Origin: Auanema rhodensis
Lineage: Eukaryota; Animalia; Nematoda
Assembly: GCA_964057225.1 (NCBI GenBank)
Contig: OZ059900.1
Location: 19,902,001-19,966,000, forward strand
Length of the DNA stretch: 64,000 bases
Direction: 5' to 3'
Below the pieces are notes generated by a model, which ran no database searches, was not told the origin of the DNA, and saw only the letters and a program-made list of their open reading frames with translations. Of the stretch, positions 29,169-44,900 are shown piece by piece. Position 1 is the stretch's first letter; every line of letters starts with the position of its first letter. The translations under genes and the position numbers were made by a program.

Positions 29169-32100
29169 TGCCCTCAGAATATGCTAATTTCCTTAATTTT
29201 CTAACCCCTGTTTTTTTGTCGTGAAAGTGGAACTAGACGTTGTACGAACAATTTTGAGCTAGGTTCCATTGACATTGCATGAGTTTGAACACATGAAATC
29301 GTAAGTCAAAACCTTGTTTACAGCGAAATTTCCAAAAACTAGTTTTCCAGCATAACAAAATATTTCTCATGGGAAATACTGTGTTTTTGTATTTTTCCAG
29401 TGTTCAGCATGTAAAATGCTTCATTTTACTATGTAACACGCTGTAATTCGTTGCATTTGACGACTCATATAAACAAAAATCGATTTAATCAATATTAGCC
29501 ATAAGGGGCGTGCCCTCAGAATATGCTAATTTCCTTAATTTTCTAACCCCTGTTTTTTTGTCGTGAAAGTGGAACTAGACGTTGTACAAACAATTTTGAG
29601 CTAGGTTTCATTGACATTGCATGAGTTTGAACACATGAAATCGTAAGTCAAAACCTTGTTTACAGCGAAATTTCCAAAAACTGGTTTTCCAGCATAACAA
29701 AATATTTCTCATGAGAAATACTGTGTTTTTGTATTTTTCTAGTGTTCAGCATGTAAAATGCTTCATTTTAGTATGTAACACGCTGAAATTCGTGGCATTT
29801 GACGACTCATATGAACAAAAATCGATTTAATCAATATTAGCCATAAGGGGCGTGCCCTCAGAATATGCTAATTTCCTTAATTTTCTAACCCCTGTTTTTT
29901 TGTCGTCAAAGTGGAACTAGACGTTGTACAAACAATTTTGAGCTAGGTTTCATTGACATTGCATGAGTTTGAACACATGAAATCGTAAGTCAAAACCTTG
30001 TTTACAGCGAAATTTCCAAAAACTGGTTTTCCAGCATAATAAAATATTTCTCATGGGAAATACTGTGTTTTTGTATTTTTCTAGTGTTCAGCATGTAAAA
30101 TGCTTCATTTTAGTATGTAACACGCTGAAATTCGTTGCATTTGACTACTCATATAAACAAAAATCGATTTAATCAATATTAGCCATAAGGGGCGTGCCCT
30201 CAGAATATGCTAATTTCCTTAATTTTCTAACCCCTGTTTTTTTGTCGTGAAAGTGGAACTAGACGTTGTACAAACAATTTTGAGCTAGGTTTCATTGACA
30301 TTGCATGAGTTTGAACACATGAAATCGTAAGTCAAAACCTTGTTTACAGCGAAATTTCCAAAAACTGGTTTTCCAGCATAATAAAATATTTCTCATGGGA
30401 AATACTGTGTTTTTGTATTTTTCTAGTGTTCAGCATGTAAAATGCTTCATTTTAGTATGTAACACGCTGAAATTCGTTGCATTTGACTACTCATATGAAC
30501 AAAAATCGATTTAATCAATATTAGCCATAAGGGGCGTGCCCTCAGAATATGCTAATTTCCTTAATTTTCTAACCCCTGTTTTTTTGTCGTGAAAGTGGAA
30601 CTAGACGTTGTACAAACAATTTTGAGCTAGGTTTCATTGACATTGCATGAGTTTGAACACATGAAATCGTAAGTCAAAACCTTGTTTACAGCGAAATTTC
30701 CAAAAACTGGTTTTCCAGCATAATAAAATATTTCTCATGAGAAATACTGTGTTTTTGTATTTTTCTAGTGTTCAGCATGTAAAATGCTTCATTTTTAGTA
30801 TGTAACACGCTGAAATTCGTTGCATTTGACTACTCATATAAACAAAAATCGATTTAATCAATATTAGCCATAAGGGGCGTGCCCTCAGAATATGCTAATT
30901 TCCTTAATTTTCTAACCCCTGTTTTTTTGTCGTGAAAGTGGAACTAGACGTTGTACAAACAATTTTGAGCTAGGTTTCATTGACATTGCATGAGTTTGAA
31001 CACATGAAATCGTAAGTCAAAACCTTGTTTACAGCGAAATTTCCAAAAACTGGTTTTCCAGCATAATAAAATATTTCTCATGAGAAATACTATGTTTTTG
31101 TATTTTTTTAGTGTTCAGCATGTAAGATGCTTCATTTAAGTATGTAACACGCTGAAATTCGTTGCATTTGACTACTCATATGAACAAAAATCGATTTAAT
31201 CAATATTAGCCATAAGGGGCGTGCCCTCAGAATATGCTAATTTCCTTAATTTTCTAACCCCTGTTTTTTTGTCGTGAAAGTGGAACTAGACGTTGTACAA
31301 ACAATTTTGAGCTAGGTTTCATTGACATTGCAGGAGTTTGAACACATGAAATCGTAAGTAAAAACCTTGTTTACAGCGAAATTTCCAAAAACTGGTTTTC
31401 CAGCATAACAAAATATTTCTCATGAGAAATACTGTGTTTTTGTATTTTTCTAGTGTTCAGCATGTAAAATGCTTCATTTTAGTATGTAACACGCTGAAAT
31501 TCGTGGCATTTGACGACTCATATGAACAAAAATCGATTTAATCAATATTAGCCATAAGGGGCGTGCCCTCAGAATATGCTAATTTCCTTAATTTTCTAAC
31601 CCCTGTTTTTTTGTCGTCAAAGTGGAACTAGACGTTGTACAAACAATTTTGAGCTAGGTTTCATTGACATTGCATGAGTTTGAACACATGAAATCGTAAG
31701 TCAAAACCTTGTTTACAGCGAAATTTCCAAAAACTGGTTTTCCAGCATAATAAAATATTTCTCATGGGAAATACTGTGTTTTTGTATTTTTCTAGTGTTC
31801 AGCATGTAAAATGCTTCATTTTAGTATGTAACACGCTGAAATTCGTTGCATTTGACTACTCATATGAACAAAAATCGATTTAATCAATATTAGCCATAAG
31901 GGGCGTGCCCTCAGAATATGCTAATTTCCTTAATTTTCTAACCCCTGTTTTTTTGTCGTGAAAGTGGAACTAGACGTTGTACAAACAATTTTGAGCTAGG
32001 TTTTATTGACATTGCATGAGTTTGAACACATGAAATCGTAAGTCAAAACCTTGTTTACAGCGAAATTTCCAAAAACTGGTTTTCCAGCATAATAAAATAT

Positions 32101-32917
32101 TTCTCATGAGAAATACTGTGTTTTTGTATTTTTCTAGTGTTCAGCATGTAAAATGCTCCATTTTAGTATGTAACACGCTGAAATTCGTTGCATTTGACGA
32201 CTCATATGAACAAAAATCGATTTAATCAATATTAGCCATAAGGGGCGTGCCCTCAGAATATGCTAATTTCCTTAATTTTCTAACCCCTGTTTTTTTGTCG
32301 TGAAAGTGGAACTAGACGTTGTACGAACAATTTTGAGCTAGGTTTCATTGACATTGCATGAGTTTGAACACATGAAATCGTAAGTCAAAACCTTGTTTAC
32401 AGCGAAATTTCCAAAAACTGGTTTTCCAGCATAATAAAATATTTCTCATGGGAAATACTGTGTTTTTGTATTTTTCTAGTGTTCAGCATGTAAAATGCTT
32501 CATTTTAGTATGTAACACGCTGAAATTCGTTGCATTTGACGACTCATATGAACAAAAATCGATTTAATCAATATTAGCCATAAGGGGCGTGCCCTCAGAA
32601 TATGCTAATTTCCTTAATTTTCTAACCCCTGTTTTTTTGTCGTGAAAGTGGAACTAGACGTTGTACGAACAATTTTAAGCTAGGTTTCATTGACATTGCA
32701 TGAGTTTGAACACATGAAATCGTAAGTCAAAACCTTGTTTACAGCGAAATTTCCAAAAACTGGTTTTCCAGCATAATAAAATATTTCTCATGGGAAATAC
32801 TGTGTTTTTGTATTTTTCTAGTGTTCAGCATGTAAAATGCTTCATTTTAGTATGTAACACGCTGAAATTCGTTGCATTTGACGACTCATATGAACAAAAA
32901 TCGATTTAATCAATATT

Positions 32918-35900
32918 CGTTGTTTTCGTTGCATTTGACTACTCATATGAACAAAAATCGATTTAATCAATATTAGCCATAAGGGGCGTGCCCTCAGAAT
33001 ATGCTAATTTCCTTAATTTTCTAACCCCTGTTTTTTTGTCGTGAAAGTGGAACTAGACGTTGTACGAACAATTTTGAGCTAGGTTTCATTGACATTGCAT
33101 GAGTTTGAACACATGAAATCGTAAGTCAAAACCTTGTTTACAGCGAAATTTCCAAAAACTGGTTTTCCAGCATAATAAAATATTTCTCATGGGAAATACT
33201 GTGTTTTTGTATTTTTCTAGTGTTCAGCATGTAAAATGCTTCATTTTAGTATGTAACACGCTGAAATTCGTTGCATTTGACTACTCATATGAACAAAAAT
33301 CGATTTAATCAATATTAGCCATAAGGGGCGTGCCCTCAGAATATGCTAATTTCCTTAATTTTCTAACCCCTGTTTTTTTGTCGTGAAAGTGGAACTAGAC
33401 GTTGTACAAACAATTTTGAGCTAGGTTTCATTGACATTGCATGAGTTTGAACACATGAAATCGTAAGTCAAAACCTTGTTTACAGCGAAATTTCCAAAAA
33501 CTGGTTTTCCAGCATAATAAAATATTTCTCATGGGAAATACTGTGTTTTTGTACTTTTCTAGTGTTCAGCATGTAAAATGCTTCATTTTAGTATGTAACA
33601 CGCTGAAATTCGTTGCATTTGACGACTCATATGAACAAAAATCGATTAAATCAATATTAGCCATAAGGGGCGTGCCCTCAGAATATGCTAATTTCCTTAA
33701 TTTTCTAACCCCTGTTTTTTTGTCGTGAAAGTGGAACTAGACGTTGTACAAACAATTTTGAGCTAGGTTTCATTGACATTGCATGAGTTTGAACACATGA
33801 AATCGTAAGTCAAAACCTTGTTTACAGCGAAATTTCCAAAAACTGGTTTTCCAGCATAATAAAATATTTCTCATGGGAAATACTGTGTTTTTGTATTTTT
33901 CTAGTGTTCAGCATGTAAAATGCTTCATTTTAGTATGTAACACGCTGAAATTCGTTGCATTTGACTACTCATATGAACAAAAATCGATTTAATCAATATT
34001 AGCCATAAGGGGCGTGCCCTCAGAATATGCTAATTTCCTTAATTTTCTAACCCCTGTTTTTTTGTCGTGAAAGTGGAACTAGACGTTGTACAAACAATTT
34101 TGAGCTAGGTTTTATTGACATTGCATGAGTTTGAACACATGAAATCGTAAGTCAAAACCTTGTTTACAGCGAAATTTCCAAAAACTGGTTTTCCAGCATA
34201 ATAAAATATTTCTCATGAGAAATACTGTGTTTTTGTATTTTTCTAGTGTTCAGCATGTAAAATGCTCCATTTTAGTATGTAACACGCTGAAATTCGTTGC
34301 ATTTGACGACTCATATGAACAAAAATCGATTTAATCAATATTAGCCATAAGGGGCGTGCCCTCAGAATATGCTAATTTCCTTAATTTTCTAACCCCTGTT
34401 TTTTTGTCGTGAAAGTGGAACTAGACGTTGTACGAACAATTTTGAGCTAGGTTTCATTGACATTGCATGAGTTTGAACACATGAAATCGTAAGTCAAAAC
34501 CTTGTTTACAGCGAAATTTCCAAAAACTGGTTTTCCAGCATAATAAAATATTTCTCATGGGAAATACTGTGTTTTTGTATTTTTCTAGTGTTCAGCATGT
34601 GAAATGCTTCATTTTAGTATGTAACACGCTGAAATTCGTTGCATTTGACGACTCATATGAACAAAAATCGATTTAATCAATATTAGCCATAAGGGGCGTG
34701 CCCTCAGAATATGCTAATTTCCTTAATTTTCTAACCCCTGTTTTTTTGTCGTGAAAGTGGAACTAGACGTTGTACGAACAATTTTAAGCTAGGTTTCATT
34801 GACATTGCATGAGTTTGAACACATGAAATCGTAAGTCAAAACCTTGTTTACAGCGAAATTTCCAAAAACTGGTTTTCCAGCATAATAAAATATTTCTCAT
34901 GGGAAATACTGTGTTTTTGTATTTTTCTAGTGTTCAGCATGTAAAATGCTTCATTTTAGTATGTAACACGCTGAAATTCGTTGCATTTGACGACTCATAT
35001 GAACAAAAATCGATTTAATCAATATTCGTTGTTTTCGTTGCATTTGACTACTCATATGAACAAAAATCGATTTAATCAATATTAGCCATAAGGGGCGTGC
35101 CCTCAGAATATGCTAATTTCCTTAATTTTCTAACCCCTGTTTTTTTGTCGTGAAAGTGGAACTAGACGTTGTACGAACAATTTTGAGCTAGGTTTCATTG
35201 ACATTGCATGAGTTTGAACACATGAAATCGTAAGTCAAAACCTTGTTTACAGCGAAATTTCCAAAAACTGGTTTTCCAGCATAATAAAATATTTCTCATG
35301 GGAAATACTGTGTTTTTGTATTTTTCTAGTGTTCAGCATGTAAAATGCTTCATTTTAGTATGTAACACGCTGAAATTCGTTGCATTTGACTACTCATATG
35401 AACAAAAATCGATTTAATCAATATTAGCCATAAGGGGCGTGCCCTCAGAATATGCTAATTTCCTTAATTTTCTAACCCCTGTTTTTTTGTCGTGAAAGTG
35501 GAACTAGACGTTGTACAAACAATTTTGAGCTAGGTTTCATTGACATTGCATGAGTTTGAACACATGAAATCGTAAGTCAAAACCTTGTTTACAGCGAAAT
35601 TTCCAAAAACTGGTTTTCCAGCATAATAAAATATTTCTCATGGGAAATACTGTGTTTTTGTACTTTTCTAGTGTTCAGCATGTAAAATGCTTCATTTTAG
35701 TATGTAACACGCTGAAATTCGTTGCATTTGACGACTCATATGAACAAAAATCGATTAAATCAATATTAGCCATAAGGGGCGTGCCCTCAGAATATGCTAA
35801 TTTCCTTAATTTTCTAACCCCTGTTTTTTTGTCGTGAAAGTGGAACTAGACGTTGTACAAACAATTTTGAGCTAGGTTTCATTGACATTGCATGAGTTTG

Positions 35901-38900
35901 AACACATGAAATCGTAAGTCAAAACCTTGTTTACAGCGAAATTTCCAAAAACTGGTTTTCCAGCATAATAAAATATTTCTCATGGGAAATACTGTGTTTT
36001 TGTATTTTTCTAGTGTTCAGCATGTAAAATGCTTCATTTTAGTATGTAACACGCTGAAATTCGTTGCATTTGACTACTCATATGAACAAAAATCGATTTA
36101 ATCAATATTAGCCATAAGGGGCGTGCCCTCAGAATATGCTAATTTCCTTAATTTTCTAACCCCTGTTTTTTTGTCGTGAAAGTGGAACTAGACGTTGTAC
36201 AAACAATTTTGAGCTAGGTTTCATTGACATTGCATGAGTTTGAACACATGAAATCGTAAGTCAAAACCTTGTTTACAGCGAAATTTCCAAAAACTGGTTT
36301 TCCAGCATAATAAAATATTTCTCATGAGAAATACTGTGTTTTTGTATTTTTCTAGTGTTCAGCATGTAAAATGCTTCATTTTAGTATGTAACACGCTGAA
36401 ATTCGTTGCATTTGACGACTCATATGAACAAAAATCGATTTAATCAATATTAGCCATAAGGGGCGTGCCCTCAGAATATGCTAATTTCCTTAATTTTCTA
36501 ACCCCTGATTTTTTGTCGTGAAAGTGGAACTAGACGTTGTACGAACAATTTTGAGCTAGGTTTCATTGACATTGCATGAGTTTGAACACATGAAATCGTA
36601 AGTCAAAACCTTGTTTACAGCGAAATTTCCAAAAACTGGTTTTCCAGCATAATAAAATATTTCTCATGGGAAATACTGTGTTTTTGTATTTTTCTAGTGT
36701 TCAGCATGTAAAATGCTCCATTTTAGTATGTAACACGCTGAAATTCGTTGCATTTGACGACTCATATGAACAAAAATCGATTTAATCAATATTAGCCATA
36801 AGGGGCGTGCCCTCAGAATATGCTAATTTCCTTAATTTTCTAACCCCTGTTTTTTTGTCGTGAAAGTGGAACTAGACGTTGTACGAACAATTTTAAGCTA
36901 GGTTTCATTGACATTGCATGAGTTTGAACACATGAAATCGTAAGTCAAAACCTTGTTTACAGAGAAATTTCCAAAAACTGGTTTTCCAGCATAATAAAAT
37001 ATTTCTCATGGGAAATACTGTGTTTTTGTATTTTTCTAGTGTTCAGCATGTAAAATGCTTCATTTTAGTATGTAACACGCTGAAATTCGTTGCATTTGAC
37101 GACTCATATGAACAAAAATCGATTTAATCAATATTCGTTGTTTTCGTTGCATTTGACTACTCATATGAACAAAAATCGATTTAATCAATATTAGCCATAA
37201 GGGGCGTGCCCTCAGAATATGCTAATTTCCTTAATTTTCTAACCCCTGTTTTTTTGTCGTGAAAGTGGAACTAGACGTTGTACGAACAATTTTGAGCTAG
37301 GTTTCATTGACATTGCATGAGTTTGAACACATGAAATCGTAAGTCAAAACCTTGTTTACAGCGAAATTTCCAAAAACTGGTTTTCCAGCATAATAAAATA
37401 TTTCTCATGGGAAATACTGTGTTTTTGTATTTTTCTAGTGTTCAGCATGTAAAATGCTTCATTTTAGTATGTAACACGCTGAAATTCGTTGCATTTGACT
37501 ACTCATATGAACAAAAATCGATTTAATCAATATTAGCCATAAGGGGCGTGCCCTCAGAATATGCTAATTTCCTTAATTTTCTAACCCCTGATTTTTTGTC
37601 GTGAAAGTGGAACTAGACGTTGTACGAACAATTTTGAGCTAGGTTTCATTGACATTGCATGAGTTTGAACACATGAAATCGTAAGTCAAAACCTTGTTTA
37701 CAGCGAAATTTCCAAAAACTGGTTTTCCAGCATAATAAAATATTTCTCATGGGAAATACTGTGTTTTTGTATTTTTCTAGTGTTCAGCATGTAAAATGCT
37801 TCATTTTAGTATGTAACACGCTGAAATTCGTTGCATTTGACGACTCATATGAACAAAAATCGATTTAATCAATATTAGCCATAAGGGGCGTGCCCTCAGA
37901 ATATGCTAATTTCCTTAATTTTCTAACCCCTGATTTTTTGTCGTGAAAGTGGAACTAGACGTTGTACGAACAATTTTGAGCTAGGTTTCATTGACATTGC
38001 ATGAGTTTGAACACATGAAATCGTAAGTCAAAACCTTGTTTACAGCGAAATTTCCAAAAACTGGTTTTCCAGCATAATAAAATATTTCTCATGGGAAATA
38101 CTGTGTTTTTGTATTTTTCTAGTGTTCAGCATGTAAAATGCTCCATTTTAGTATGTAACACGCTGAAATTCGTTGCATTTGACGACTCATATGAACAAAA
38201 ATCGATTTAATCAATATTAGCCATAAGGGGCGTGCCCTCAGAATATGCTAATTTCCTTAATTTTCTAACCCCTGTTTTTTTGTCGTGAAAGTGGAACTAG
38301 ACGTTGTACGAACAATTTTAAGCTAGGTTTCATTGACATTGCATGAGTTTGAACACATGAAATCGTAAGTCAAAACCTTGTTTACAGCGAAATTTCCAAA
38401 AACTGGTTTTCCAGCATAATAAAATATTTCTCATGGGAAATACTGTGTTTTTGTATTTTTCTAGTGTTCAGCATGTAAAATGCTTCATTTTAGTATGTAA
38501 CACGCTGAAATTCGTTGCATTTGACGACTCATATGAACAAAAATCGATTTAATCAATATTCGTTGTTTTCGTTGCATTTGACTACTCATATGAACAAAAA
38601 TCGATTTAATCAATATTAGCCATAAGGGGCGTGCCCTCAGAATATGCTAATTTCCTTAATTTTCTAACCCCTGTTTTTTTGTCGTGAAAGTGGAACTAGA
38701 CGTTGTACGAACAATTTTGAGCTAGGTTTCATTGACATTGCATGAGTTTGAACACATGAAATCGTAAGTCAAAACCTTGTTTACAGCGAAATTTCCAAAA
38801 ACTGGTTTTCCAGCATAATAAAATATTTCTCATGGGAAATACTGTGTTTTTGTATTTTTCTAGTGTTCAGCATGTAAAATGCTTCATTTTAGTATGTAAC

Positions 38901-41900
38901 ACGCTGAAATTCGTTGCATTTGACTACTCATATGAACAAAAATCGATTTAATCAATATTAGCCATAAGGGGCGTGCCCTCAGAATATGCTAATTTCCTTA
39001 ATTTTCTAACCCCTGTTTTTTTGTCGTGAAAGTGGAACTAGACGTTGTACAAACAATTTTGAGCTAGGTTTCATTGACATTGCATGAGTTTGAACACATG
39101 AAATCGTAAGTCAAAACCTTGTTTACAGCGAAATTTCCAAAAACTGGTTTTCCAGCATAATAAAATATTTCTCATGGGAAATACTGTGTTTTTGTACTTT
39201 TCTAGTGTTCAGCATGTAAAATGCTTCATTTTAGTATGTAACACGCTGAAATTCGTTGCATTTGACGACTCATATGAACAAAAATCGATTTAATCAATAT
39301 TCGTTGTTTTCGTTGCATTTGACTACTCATATGAACAAAAATCGATTTAATCAATATTAGCCATAAGGGGCGTGCCCTCAGAATATGCTAATTTCCTTAA
39401 TTTTCTAACCCCTGTTTTTTTGTCGTGAAAGTGGAACTAGACGTTGTACGAACAATTTTGAGCTAGGTTTCATTGACATTGCATGAGTTTGAACACATGA
39501 AATCGTAAGTCAAAACCTTGTTTACAGCGAAATTTCCAAAAACTGGTTTTCCAGCATAATAAAATATTTCTCATGGGAAATACTGTGTTTTTGTATTTTT
39601 CTAGTGTTCAGCATGTAAAATGCTTCATTTTAGTATGTAACACGCTGAAATTCGTTGCATTTGACTACTCATATGAACAAAAATCGATTTAATCAATATT
39701 AGCCATAAGGGGCGTGCCCTCAGAATATGCTAATTTCCTTAATTTTCTAACCCCTGTTTTTTTGTCGTGAAAGTGGAACTAGACGTTGTACAAACAATTT
39801 TGAGCTAGGTTTCATTGACATTGCATGAGTTTGAACACATGAAATCGTAAGTCAAAACCTTGTTTACAGCGAAATTTCCAAAAACTGGTTTTCCAGCATA
39901 ATAAAATATTTCTCATGGGAAATACTGTGTTTTTGTATTTTTCTAGTGTTCAGCATGTAAAATGCTTCATTTTAGTATGTAACACGCTGAAATTCGTTGC
40001 ATTTGACGACTCATATGAACAAAAATCGATTTAATCAATATTCGTTGTTTTCGTTGCATTTGACTACTCATATGAACAAAAATCGATTTAATCAATATTA
40101 GCCATAAGGGGCGTGCCCTCAGAATATGCTAATTTCCTTAATTTTCTAACCCCTGTTTTTTTGTCGTGAAAGTGGAACTAGACGTTGTACGAACAATTTT
40201 GAGCTAGGTTTCATTGACATTGCATGAGTTTGAACACATGAAATCGTAAGTCAAAACCTTGTTTACAGCGAAATTTCCAAAAACTGGTTTTCCAGCATAA
40301 TAAAATATTTCTCATGGGAAATACTGTGTTTTTGTATTTTTCTAGTGTTCAGCATGTAAAATGCTTCATTTTAGTATGTAACACGCTGAAATTCGTTGCA
40401 TTTGACTACTCATATGAACAAAAATCGATTTAATCAATATTAGCCATAAGGGGCGTGCCCTCAGAATATGCTAATTTCCTTAATTTTCTAACCCCTGATT
40501 TTTTGTCGTGAAAGTGGAACTAGACGTTGTACGAACAATTTTGAGCTAGGTTTCATTGACATTGCATGAGTTTGAACACATGAAATCGTAAGTCAAAACC
40601 TTGTTTACAGCGAAATTTCCAAAAACTGGTTTTCCAGCATAATAAAATATTTCTCATGGGAAATACTGTGTTTTTGTATTTTTCTAGTGTTCAGCATGTA
40701 AAATGCTTCATTTTAGTATGTAACACGCTGAAATTCGTTGCATTTGACGACTCATATGAACAAAAATCGATTTAATCAATATTAGCCATAAGGGGCGTGC
40801 CCTCAGAATATGCTAATTTCCTTAATTTTCTAACCCCTGATTTTTTGTCGTGAAAGTGGAACTAGACGTTGTACGAACAATTTTGAGCTAGGTTTCATTG
40901 ACATTGCATGAGTTTGAACACATGAAATCGTAAGTCAAAACCTTGTTTACAGCGAAATTTCCAAAAACTGGTTTTCCAGCATAATAAAATATTTCTCATG
41001 GGAAATACTGTGTTTTTGTATTTTTCTAGTGTTCAGCATGTAAAATGCTCCATTTTAGTATGTAACACGCTGAAATTCGTTGCATTTGACGACTCATATG
41101 AACAAAAATCGATTTAATCAATATTAGCCATAAGGGGCGTGCCCTCAGAATATGCTAATTTCCTTAATTTTCTAACCCCTGTTTTTTTGTCGTGAAAGTG
41201 GAACTAGACGTTGTACGAACAATTTTAAGCTAGGTTTCATTGACATTGCATGAGTTTGAACACATGAAATCGTAAGTCAAAACCTTGTTTACAGCGAAAT
41301 TTCCAAAAACTGGTTTTCCAGCATAATAAAATATTTCTCATGGGAAATACTGTGTTTTTGTATTTTTCTAGTGTTCAGCATGTAAAATGCTTCATTTTAG
41401 TATGTAACACGCTGAAATTCGTTGCATTTGACGACTCATATGAACAAAAATCGATTTAATCAATATTCGTTGTTTTCGTTGCATTTGACTACTCATATGA
41501 ACAAAAATCGATTTAATCAATATTAGCCATAAGGGGCGTGCCCTCAGAATATGCTAATTTCCTTAATTTTCTAACCCCTGTTTTTTTGTCGTGAAAGTGG
41601 AACTAGACGTTGTACGAACAATTTTGAGCTAGGTTTCATTGACATTGCATGAGTTTGAACACATGAAATCGTAAGTCAAAACCTTGTTTACAGCGAAATT
41701 TCCAAAAACTGGTTTTCCAGCATAATAAAATATTTCTCATGGGAAATACTGTGTTTTTGTATTTTTCTAGTGTTCAGCATGTAAAATGCTTCATTTTAGT
41801 ATGTAACACGCTGAAATTCGTTGCATTTGACTACTCATATGAACAAAAATCGATTTAATCAATATTAGCCATAAGGGGCGTGCCCTCAGAATATGCTAAT

Positions 41901-44900
41901 TTCCTTAATTTTCTAACCCCTGTTTTTTTGTCGTGAAAGTGGAACTAGACGTTGTACAAACAATTTTGAGCTAGGTTTCATTGACATTGCATGAGTTTGA
42001 ACACATGAAATCGTAAGTCAAAACCTTGTTTACAGCGAAATTTCCAAAAACTGGTTTTCCAGCATAATAAAATATTTCTCATGGGAAATACTGTGTTTTT
42101 GTACTTTTCTAGTGTTCAGCATGTAAAATGCTTCATTTTAGTATGTAACACGCTGAAATTCGTTGCATTTGACGACTCATATGAACAAAAATCGATTAAA
42201 TCAATATTAGCCATAAGGGGCGTGCCCTCAGAATATGCTAATTTCCTTAATTTTCTAACCCCTGTTTTTTTGTCGTGAAAGTGGAACTAGACGTTGTACA
42301 AACAATTTTGAGCTAGGTTTTATTGACATTGCATGAGTTTGAACACATGAAATCGTAAGTCAAAACCTTGTTTACAGAGAAATTTCCAAAAACTGGTTTT
42401 CCAGCATAATAAAATATTTCTCATGAGAAATACTGTGTTTTTGTATTTTTCTAGTGTTCAGCATGTAAAATGCTTCATTTTAGTATGTAACACGCTGAAA
42501 TTCGTGGCATTTGACGACTCATATGAACAAAAATCGATTTAATCAATATTAGCCATAAGGGGCGTGCCCTCAGAATATGCTAATTTCCTTAATTTTCTAA
42601 CCCCTGTTTTTTTGTTTTTTGTATTTTTCTAGTGTTCAGCATGTAAAATGCTTCATTTTAGTATGTAACACGCTGAAATTCGTTGCATTTGACGACTCAT
42701 ATGAACAAAAATCGATTTAATCAATATTAGCCATAAGGGGCGTGCCCTCAGAATATGCTAATTTCCTTAATTTTCTAACCCCTGTTTTTTTGTCGTGAAA
42801 GTGGAACTAGACGTTGTACGAACAATTTTAAGCTAGGTTTCATTGACATTGCATGAGTTTGAACACATGAAATCGTAAGTCAAAACCTTGTTTACAGCGA
42901 AATTTCCAAAAACTGGTTTTCCAGCATAATAAAATATTTCTCATGGGAAATACTGTGTTTTTGTATTTTTCTAGTGTTCAGCATGTAAAATGCTTCATTT
43001 TAGTATGTAACACGCTGAAATTCGTTGCATTTGACGACTCATATGAACAAAAATCGATTTAATCAATATTAGCCATAAGGGGCGTGCCCTCAGAATATGC
43101 TAATTTCCTTAATTTTCTAACCCCTGATTTTTTGTCGTGAAAGTGGAACTAGACGTTGTACGAACAATTTTGAGCTAGGTTTCATTGACATTGCATGAGT
43201 TTGAACACATGAAATCGTAAGTCAAAACCTTGTTTACAGCGAAATTTCCAAAAACTGGTTTTCCAGCATAATAAAATATTTCTCATGGGAAATACTGTGT
43301 TTTTGTATTTTTCTAGTGTTCAGCATGTAAAATGCTTCATTTTAGTATGTAACACGCTGAAATTCGTTGCATTTGACTACTCATATGAACAAAAATCGAT
43401 TTAATCAATATTAGCCATAAGGGGCGTGCCCTCAGAATATGCTAATTTCCTTAATTTTCTAACCCCTGTTTTTTTGTCGTGAAAGTGGAACTAGACGTTG
43501 TACAAACAATTTTGAGCTAGGTTTCATTGACATTGCATGAGTTTGAACACATGAAATCGTAAGTCAAAACCTTGTTTACAGCGAAATTTCCAAAAACTGG
43601 TTTTCCAGCATAATAAAATATTTCTCATGGGAAATACTGTGTTTTTGTACTTTTCTAGTGTTCAGCATGTAAAATGCTTCATTTTAGTATGTAACACGCT
43701 GAAATTCGTTGCATTTGACGACTCATATGAACAAAAATCGATTAAATCAATATTAGCCATAAGGGGCGTGCCCTCAGAATATGCTAATTTCCTTAATTTT
43801 CTAACCCCTGTTTTTTTGTCGTGAAAGTGGAACTAGACGTTGTACAAACAATTTTGAGCTAGGTTTTATTGACATTGCATGAGTTTGAACACATGAAATC
43901 GTAAGTCAAAACCTTGTTTACAGAGAAATTTCCAAAAACTGGTTTTCCAGCATAATAAAATATTTCTCATGAGAAATACTGTGTTTTTGTATTTTTCTAG
44001 TGTTCAGCATGTAAAATGCTTCATTTTAGTATGTAACACGCTGAAATTCGTGGCATTTGACGACTCATATGAACAAAAATCGATTTAATCAATATTAGCC
44101 ATAAGGGGCGTGCCCTCAGAATATGCTAATTTCCTTAATTTTCTAACCCCTGTTTTTTTGTTTTTTGTATTTTTCTAGTGTTCAGCATGTAAAATGCTTC
44201 ATTTTAGTATGTAACACGCTGAAATTCGTTGCATTTGACGACTCATATGAACAAAAATCGATTTAATCAATATTAGCCATAAGGGGCGTGCCCTCAGAAT
44301 ATGCTAATTTCCTTAATTTTCTAACCCCTGTTTTTTTGTCGTGAAAGTGGAACTAGACGTTGTACGAACAATTTTAAGCTAGGTTTCATTGACATTGCAT
44401 GAGTTTGAACACATGAAATCGTAAGTCAAAACCTTGTTTACAGCGAAATTTCCAAAAACTGGTTTTCCAGCATAATAAAATATTTCTCATGGGAAATACT
44501 GTGTTTTTGTATTTTTCTAGTGTTCAGCATGTAAAATGCTTCATTTTAGTATGTAACACGCTGAAATTCGTTGCATTTGACGACTCATATGAACAAAAAT
44601 CGATTTAATCAATATTAGCCATAAGGGGCGTGCCCTCAGAATATGCTAATTTCCTTAATTTTCTAACCCCTGATTTTTTGTCGTGAAAGTGGAACTAGAC
44701 GCTGTACGAACAATTTTGAGCTAGGTTTCATTGACATTGCATGAGTTTGAACACATGAAATCGTAAGTCAAAACCTTGTTTACAGCGAAATTTCCAAAAA
44801 CTGGTTTTCCAGCATAATAAAATATTTCTCATGGGAAATACTGTGTTTTTGTATTTTTCTAGTGTTCAGCATGTAAAATGCTCCATTTTAGTATGTAACA

